The position numbers and the translations under genes were made by a program. This document shows, piece after piece, positions 58,884 through 64,000 of a stretch of 64,000 bases of DNA. The stretch's first letter is position 1, and every line of letters begins with the position of its first letter. The notes under the pieces are model-generated. The model did not search any database. It saw only the letters and a program-made list of their open reading frames with translations, and was not told the origin of the DNA. Source of the stretch: Promethearchaeota archaeon (GTDB lineage: Archaea > Asgardarchaeota > Lokiarchaeia > Sigyniarchaeales > SOKP01); NCBI GenBank assembly GCA_019057865.1, contig JAHLWP010000003.1:96001-160000 (forward strand), read 5' to 3'.

Positions 58884-60077
58884 TTGGAGATTCGAAAACT
58901 TACGGAAAAAGACAGATTGTCTTATAGAAAGATCTGTCGTTACGCATTCTCAGCTTCAGAAAACAATTATGAGAAGTTAGATTGGCCACCTGATGATATG
59001 CCAATTAATCGATTTTATGGCGCTTTTGATAATGATGTACTAATAGCCGGAAGTGGAATAATTCCATTTGAAATAAAAGTACGCTCCAAAACATTTAAAA
59101 TGGGAGGAGTTGATGGAGTAGCAACAAAACCTGAATTCCGTAATCGTGGGGTAATACGAGAAATTTTTAAGCAAATTTATCAAGATTTGTACAAAAATAA
59201 AATTCCAATCTCAGTGCTATATCCTTTTAAAATTTCTTACTATGAAAAGTTGAGTTATGCTGTTGTTAATGAAGAAATTTTGTATCATTTTGAAATTTCA
59301 AGTATCATTGATAGAAAAACAAATTACTTCATGAAAGAAGTTGAGGAAATAAATGAAGATATTAAACACGTGTATGATCAAATAATAAACAAGTATGATT
59401 ATATCGCTAAACGATCAGAAATACAATGGAAAGACTTAAAAAAATCAAACTATAAGTTTATATGCTATGATAAAGATCGACCAGTTGGTTATATTTTTCT
59501 TCACTTTCCGAAAAAGGATACACCGTGGTGGGAACAACTGGACCATATTCAAAATACTATTTACATCCGAGAAACTTTTTGGCTTAATCAATCTGCTAAA
59601 CAAACAATTTTCAACTTTCTATGGAGTCACCGAGATCAACGAAAATATATTGCAGGAGCTTTTCCAGTAAATGAAAATATTATAGGGTTGCTAAATAATC
59701 CACGAATTTTAGCGCGTGAAATACATCCAAATTCTATGCTAAGAATAATTGATGTAAAAACCATATTAGAGTCCTTGAATTATTCGATTAGTGATTTTAG
59801 CATTTCAATTCGCGTCCATGATAAAGATTGCCCATGGAATAATAGCAATTTTCTCTTAACATCAGATAATAAAATAATAAACGTTAAGTTTGAAGAAAAT
59901 AAAGAAGAACCTATTGATTTAGAAATAGATATAAGTCATTTTGCTCAGTTGCTCGTAGGATTTAGAACAATTGATGATTTATTGGAATATGATTTTGTTA
60001 CAATTAATGAAAAGAAATTAGAATTGATAAAAAAACTTTTCCCCCTTGCAAGTAGTAATTTCTCTGATTTTTTTTAA
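58884..60077 (+). CDS. Eis-like GNAT acetyltransferase with C-terminal SCP2-like domain
   Basis: GGVDGVATKPEFRNRG, SVLYPF..YYEKL.Y, MLRIIDV...L and D..CPWN motifs. Confidence 0.88.
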   Translation: MEIRKLTEKDRLSYRKICRYAFSASENNYEKLDWPPDDMPINRFYGAFDNDVLIAGSGIIPFEIKVRSKTFKMGGVDGVATKPEFRNRGVIREIFKQIYQDLYKNKIPISVLYPFKISYYEKLSYAVVNEEILYHFEISSIIDRKTNYFMKEVEEINEDIKHVYDQIINKYDYIAKRSEIQWKDLKKSNYKFICYDKDRPVGYIFLHFPKKDTPWWEQLDHIQNTIYIRETFWLNQSAKQTIFNFLWSHRDQRKYIAGAFPVNENIIGLLNNPRILAREIHPNSMLRIIDVKTILESLNYSISDFSISIRVHDKDCPWNNSNFLLTSDNKIINVKFEENKEEPIDLEIDISHFAQLLVGFRTIDDLLEYDFVTINEKKLELIKKLFPLASSNFSDFF

Positions 60078-60225
60078 TTAATAGATTATTATTAGATGAT
60101 ATCTCTATTTTTTAGATTAATTACAAAATTATTAATTTAAAAACTTTTAAAGAACAAAAAATATCTCACTTTTTATATTTTCGTAAAGAATTACCTTTAA
60201 ACTAATATTCTGACTTGGATAAAAA

Positions 60226-60546
60226 GTGAATTCGCAATTATTAGAAAAGAAAGTTGAGGATCTTCTAGAAAAAATTCTAAAACCAGAGGAATCACAAAAT
60301 AAAAGGAGAATTCAAAGAATAAAATTTCGACTATTATCTAAACTTGTAGCTGATTTATTCAACAACAAGGATTCAAAAGAATGTTTTCATAATATCTCAA
60401 ATCTAATAATTTTGATGCTTAATTTGTATAAAGATACTTTTCCTGTTGATAATTTTCCAAATAAAGAAAAAGATAGAGCAGTAAAGTCGACGACTAAACA
60501 TAAACATATATTGAAGCAAGAATTCCTAATGAAAGAGAAACTTTAG
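60226..60546 (+). CDS. Small hypothetical protein
   Basis: 106-aa ORF; C-terminus PVDNF...HILKQEF weakly resembles the 57805/60931 family. Confidence 0.6.
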   Translation: MNSQLLEKKVEDLLEKILKPEESQNKRRIQRIKFRLLSKLVADLFNNKDSKECFHNISNLIILMLNLYKDTFPVDNFPNKEKDRAVKSTTKHKHILKQEFLMKEKL

Positions 60547-60556
60547 GAGGTAAAAG

Positions 60557-60841
60557 ATGGGTTTAAATGTTGGAAAGATAAAACAATCATATCTAATCCA
60601 TCAAAAACCAGATTTTAAAAGGTCATCTGTAATCGAGAATGAAAATGATAAGATTAATTGTATTATTACAAGAGATTCGATAATTATTACTAATGAGAAT
60701 TTAGCAATAATAAAAATTCTACATTCTCTTTTATTAACTAATTCAAATCTAACTAATAAACAAAAGCTGGACTATTGTAAAAGTGAAAGATTCTTCATGA
60801 AATTATATTTGAGGGAGATAATAAAAAATCTTAAGAGATAA
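60557..60841 (+). CDS. Small hypothetical protein
   Basis: GGAGGT Shine-Dalgarno 10 bp after the previous stop; 94 aa. Confidence 0.6.
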   Translation: MGLNVGKIKQSYLIHQKPDFKRSSVIENENDKINCIITRDSIIITNENLAIIKILHSLLLTNSNLTNKQKLDYCKSERFFMKLYLREIIKNLKR

Positions 60842-60930
60842 TTAATATTCGATTTTAGTTTTATTACTAAATTTGTCGAGAGTTTTCTTTTAAATACGAC
60901 TGATATTATAATATGGTTAAATAAATTAAT

Positions 60931-61191
60931 GTGAGATTGAAATTGAGTTTAGAATTAATAAGTAAAGGAATCAATAATATAGAGAAAAGAAAACAAGTTA
61001 ATACTCCTGAAGAGTTTATTGACATATCAACTTTAGTAATTCCTTTTTCTACCATTTTTGAAAAATTAACTCCTTCAGATATTTATACCGGAAATGAGAT
61101 TATTCCTTTTGAAAAAAAAGACCCAGAATTCAAACTTATATTAATTTATGAGTTTGAAAATGCGTTAGAAGAATTTAAACATTCTGTTTAA
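60931..61191 (+). CDS. Small hypothetical protein, paralog of 57805..58065
   Basis: ISTLVIPFSTIFEKLTPSDIYTGNEIIPFEKKDPEFKLILIYEFENALEEF. Confidence 0.7.
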   Translation: MRLKLSLELISKGINNIEKRKQVNTPEEFIDISTLVIPFSTIFEKLTPSDIYTGNEIIPFEKKDPEFKLILIYEFENALEEFKHSV

Positions 61192-61834
61192 GTTCTAAAT
61201 CATCACCAATTAATGCATATCTGCAAAAAACTTGATTCTGAGGCATGAACTTCTTGAATTGTTACTAAAAGAAAAAATTTAAATTAATATTTATTATTCA
61301 ACTTTTTTCTTATTGTTGCTCTTTATACAATTTTTTAATATATGCCCGTAATCTCTCAAAACTTTCTTCTTCTCCTTGGTTAGCAGAACAACAAAAAATT
61401 TAATAAAAGACTAAAGATACTTAACTTTTTAAATATAAATTTCCTATATCTAAACATGTTAAAGGCAACTAATTTTAAAAATGCAATTTTATTCTCTTTA
61501 TTACTAACTATTTCCATATATCTTGGAACCTTTATCCCCGTGTTAAGTTTCTTTTTCTTACAACGATTTTCCAAAACCAATCCCGACAATAGTGATTTGG
61601 TCTCAAAAAGTCTTAGCGCAATGAATGATTTTGCTATTCCCTCTTTCGAATTCTAATAATTATTATTTTTTTTCTATATTATTTTTAAATGTTATAAATT
61701 AAAGGTGAAAGTAAAATTTTCTCATTAACTTCCCTACAGGAAGTTTTTCAAAAACATTTAATTGAAATAATTATAAATATGACCTAAATTCTATATAGTT
61801 TTAATAAAAACTATATGTTAAAAATAAAAATAAG

Positions 61835-62479
61835 TTGTTAACGATGGAAAAACTAAATAAAATCTATGAAAAAATTCATGCAAGTTATTTTACTATCATA
61901 GGAGTCATAATATTCATGATTGGGCTTATACCCGCGATTTTAGTACACCCTGATTTTAGCTTTTTGTCTACATTTATCAGTAATTTAGGAGAACCCTCAT
62001 CAAATGACTTATGGATATATTTTAATGTTCTATGGTTTATCACAGGAATATTCATGATCCTCTTTATATTTGGTTTTACTCAATACTTGCAACAAAAAGG
62101 AGCTTATATATTGGGAACTTGGATAATGCTTATTTTTAGTGTACTTTCAGCAGGAGGAATTCTAGGTTTAGCAATATTTAATGCAGAAGATGCGTACAAA
62201 ATGCACTACATTTCAGAATTGATTTTCTTCTTTACAGGAATACTATACCTTTTTGGTTATGCAGCTCTAGAAAATAAGATATCAGATTTCCCTAAATGGC
62301 AAGCTATATTTAATATAATAGTTGCGTTTTTCTTTATAATATATTTGATTTTATTAATAGTTAATAGGATAAATGAAGATGTTGCAGTGGAAGCTCGAAC
62401 TCTTGCTGAGTGGTTATTTCTCTTCGCAAACCTAACTTGGTTTTTTGAAAATGGAGTTTTTGTACTAAAAATAAAATAA
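61835..62479 (+). CDS. DUF998/Frag1-like membrane protein
   Basis: FISNLG, about 5-6 TM helices, MH...IFF and EW motifs. Confidence 0.7.
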   Translation: MLTMEKLNKIYEKIHASYFTIIGVIIFMIGLIPAILVHPDFSFLSTFISNLGEPSSNDLWIYFNVLWFITGIFMILFIFGFTQYLQQKGAYILGTWIMLIFSVLSAGGILGLAIFNAEDAYKMHYISELIFFFTGILYLFGYAALENKISDFPKWQAIFNIIVAFFFIIYLILLIVNRINEDVAVEARTLAEWLFLFANLTWFFENGVFVLKIK

Positions 62480-62498
62480 TTTTTATCTAATCTTTTTT

Positions 62499-62819
62499 TT
62501 ATAATTCCTTATTTAATTGAATAAGATTTGGATTTAAAAATACATTTTGGCACATAGGACATGCATTATATTTTATCAACCAAGATGATACGCAATAATC
62601 ATGATATTTACTACCACAATAGGAGCAAGTTATAGTTTTAGCTTCATTATAATTTATATATTTGTGGCAAATTATACATTGAATTCTTTGATTTGATACC
62701 TTAATCTTTTCAATTCTTAATTGTTTTCCACAATAACAACAAAAATTCGCTTTATTCTTATTATGATCAGGTAGCTTATTACCACAATAGGTACAATAAT
62801 TATAACTATATTTAGACAA
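62499..62819 (-). CDS. Double zinc-ribbon plus C4HC3 RING finger protein, putative ubiquitin E3 ligase
   Basis: YCTYCG...FCCYCG ribbon, then CIIC-x13-CSYC-x4-HDYC...W.....CPMC. Likely TTG start at 62819; the ORF-track extension is low-complexity. Confidence 0.8.
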   Translation of the reverse strand: MSKYSYNYCTYCGNKLPDHNKNKANFCCYCGKQLRIEKIKVSNQRIQCIICHKYINYNEAKTITCSYCGSKYHDYCVSSWLIKYNACPMCQNVFLNPNLIQLNKEL

Positions 62820-62958
62820 GATACTTTTCACTATTATCTGTTTTTTTAGATCACTCTTTAACTTAATATCAAATATCAATAAAAGTAATAAAATGATCTT
62901 TAGTCCAATTTTTAGAAGAAAAAAAGATTTTATTAGAAGCAAAGATAAAAAGAGTTGG

Positions 62959-63747
62959 TTATTTGTATTTAGAGATAAATTCCTTCAAGGGAGTAATATA
63001 TTCATTTTTAAAAGAGAAGATATTATTATGACCAGCTCCCTCTATTAATATTAAATTTTTTTCAACGATCTCAGGGAGAATTTTATATATAAGTATTCCT
63101 TCTTCAGTTGGAATAATCCAATCTGCTGTTCCATGAATAACTAGAACAGGCTTTTTAAATTTCTTTATTCTTGTATCATTGGAGTACTCATTTAAGGATT
63201 CTGGAGTGATTTCAGGACTATTAACTCTAAATAACCGTGTCATCATATTATAAGCACTAGCAAATCCGCTTTCAAAAATAATTCCACGTAAACCATCGGG
63301 ATTATGGGCCCCAATTTCAGAAGCACAAACACTTCCAATTGAACGACCTAGGATAAATAGAGAATCGTTTAAATTATTATTATGCATCCACTTATAAAAT
63401 TCATTATAAATTGGCATTGCATCTGTTATTAGACTACTATAAATTGGTTCACCGGAGCTAAATCCATAGCCGCGAAAATCAACAACCGCTAAGTTAACAT
63501 CACATTCAAAAAAAAAGTCTAAAAAGTATCGATATTCTAATGCAATCTCTCCATTTCCATGGAAGAGTAGAATTGTTGGCAATTCTTTATTGTTTAAGTA
63601 GAAAAATCCACCAATTATTATGTATTTACTAATTTGAAATTGTAAAACTTCAATATTGGCTTCTAACTTTTGTGGAATTGGTGTTTTTCGAGGATAAAAT
63701 ACAACATTGGAAATAGCAGGATTATCAATGAATGATTTTTTTACCAT
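62959..63747 (-). CDS. Alpha/beta hydrolase, ABHD13/ABHD17/BEM46-like
   Basis: FHGNGE, DFRGYG.S.G.P, GRSIG nucleophile elbow, HGTAD and GAGHN motifs. Confidence 0.88.
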   Translation of the reverse strand: MVKKSFIDNPAISNVVFYPRKTPIPQKLEANIEVLQFQISKYIIIGGFFYLNNKELPTILLFHGNGEIALEYRYFLDFFFECDVNLAVVDFRGYGFSSGEPIYSSLITDAMPIYNEFYKWMHNNNLNDSLFILGRSIGSVCASEIGAHNPDGLRGIIFESGFASAYNMMTRLFRVNSPEITPESLNEYSNDTRIKKFKKPVLVIHGTADWIIPTEEGILIYKILPEIVEKNLILIEGAGHNNIFSFKNEYITPLKEFISKYK

Positions 63748-63910
63748 ATTAGAATATCTTCTCTTATTGCATTTTTATAAAATTGCTCAAATGCTTATAT
63801 TTTTTTTTAAAATTTTTGTACAAAATGCATAACTTTTAAATAAAATTGAGATAAGTATTTACCTGCATTTGTATCCAATTATAAAAAAATAAAAGAGGTT
63901 TTGATTAATT

Positions 63911-64000
63911 ATGGGAATTATAATGGTAACTGTATGGTATCCAATGCATAAAAATGCTGATATAGCAAAAATATATCTAAAACGGCCCAGAGAGATACCT
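63911..64000 (+). CDS. Hypothetical protein, 5' part only
   Basis: ATG at 63911 after GAGGT: MGIIMVTVWYPMHKNADIAKIYLKRPREIP, open to the window edge. Confidence 0.55.
   Translation, partial: MGIIMVTVWYPMHKNADIAKIYLKRPREIP

Noticed and set aside
4007-59670. Many short overlapping or antisense ORFs in the track (e.g. 4007, 8907, 12134, 15125, 18090, 22537, 36125, 50338, 52997, 57503, 59467)
   Set aside because: They overlap well-supported genes and lack motifs; typical shadow ORFs
61200-61760. ORFs 61380..61589 and 61456..61656, and the hairpin AACTTCC-N5-GGAAGTT at 61727-61745
   Set aside because: Mutually overlapping short ORFs with no recognisable motif, possibly a decayed gene. The hairpin is too short to call a terminator.
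1-64000. tRNA, rRNA, CRISPR arrays, transposases or integrases
   Set aside because: None seen: intergenic regions are short and AT-rich, with no spaced repeats or recombinase motifs. A covariance-model scan was not possible.

Overview
AT-rich, gene-dense archaeal chromosome segment, most likely Asgard (Lokiarchaeia). The assignment rests on a Loki-CTERM-type sorting tail, archaeal housekeeping genes (tfb, topoisomerase IA, AOR, COG1824/COG3273-type operon) and several eukaryotic-signature proteins: a divergent actin-family protein, two Ras-superfamily GTPases, two longin-like domains, a C4HC3 RING finger and a VMP1/DedA (VTT) protein. I saw no rRNA, tRNA, CRISPR array or mobile element. Two candidate undescribed systems stand out. 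(1) At 30504-32561, a coiled-coil / proline-rich / C-terminal WH2-like protein, with an architecture like WAVE/WASP/VASP actin regulators, sits directly upstream of an actin-related gene with altered catalytic residues. (2) At 8888-15681, two paralogous SERCA-like P-type ATPases have both lost the PEGL glutamate and the TM6 Ca2+ ligands, and they flank a VMP1/TMEM41-family scramblase-like gene, suggesting a lipid flippase/scramblase module. Smaller observations include a Rab-like GTPase sharing a C-terminal motif with its neighbour, a longin-pseudoGTPase fusion, three TFIIB/cyclin-fold genes, an ATA/ATT start codon, a gene broken by an internal stop, a small paralogous protein family and several operator-like palindromes. 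All family calls are by-eye motif recognition; no searches were run.
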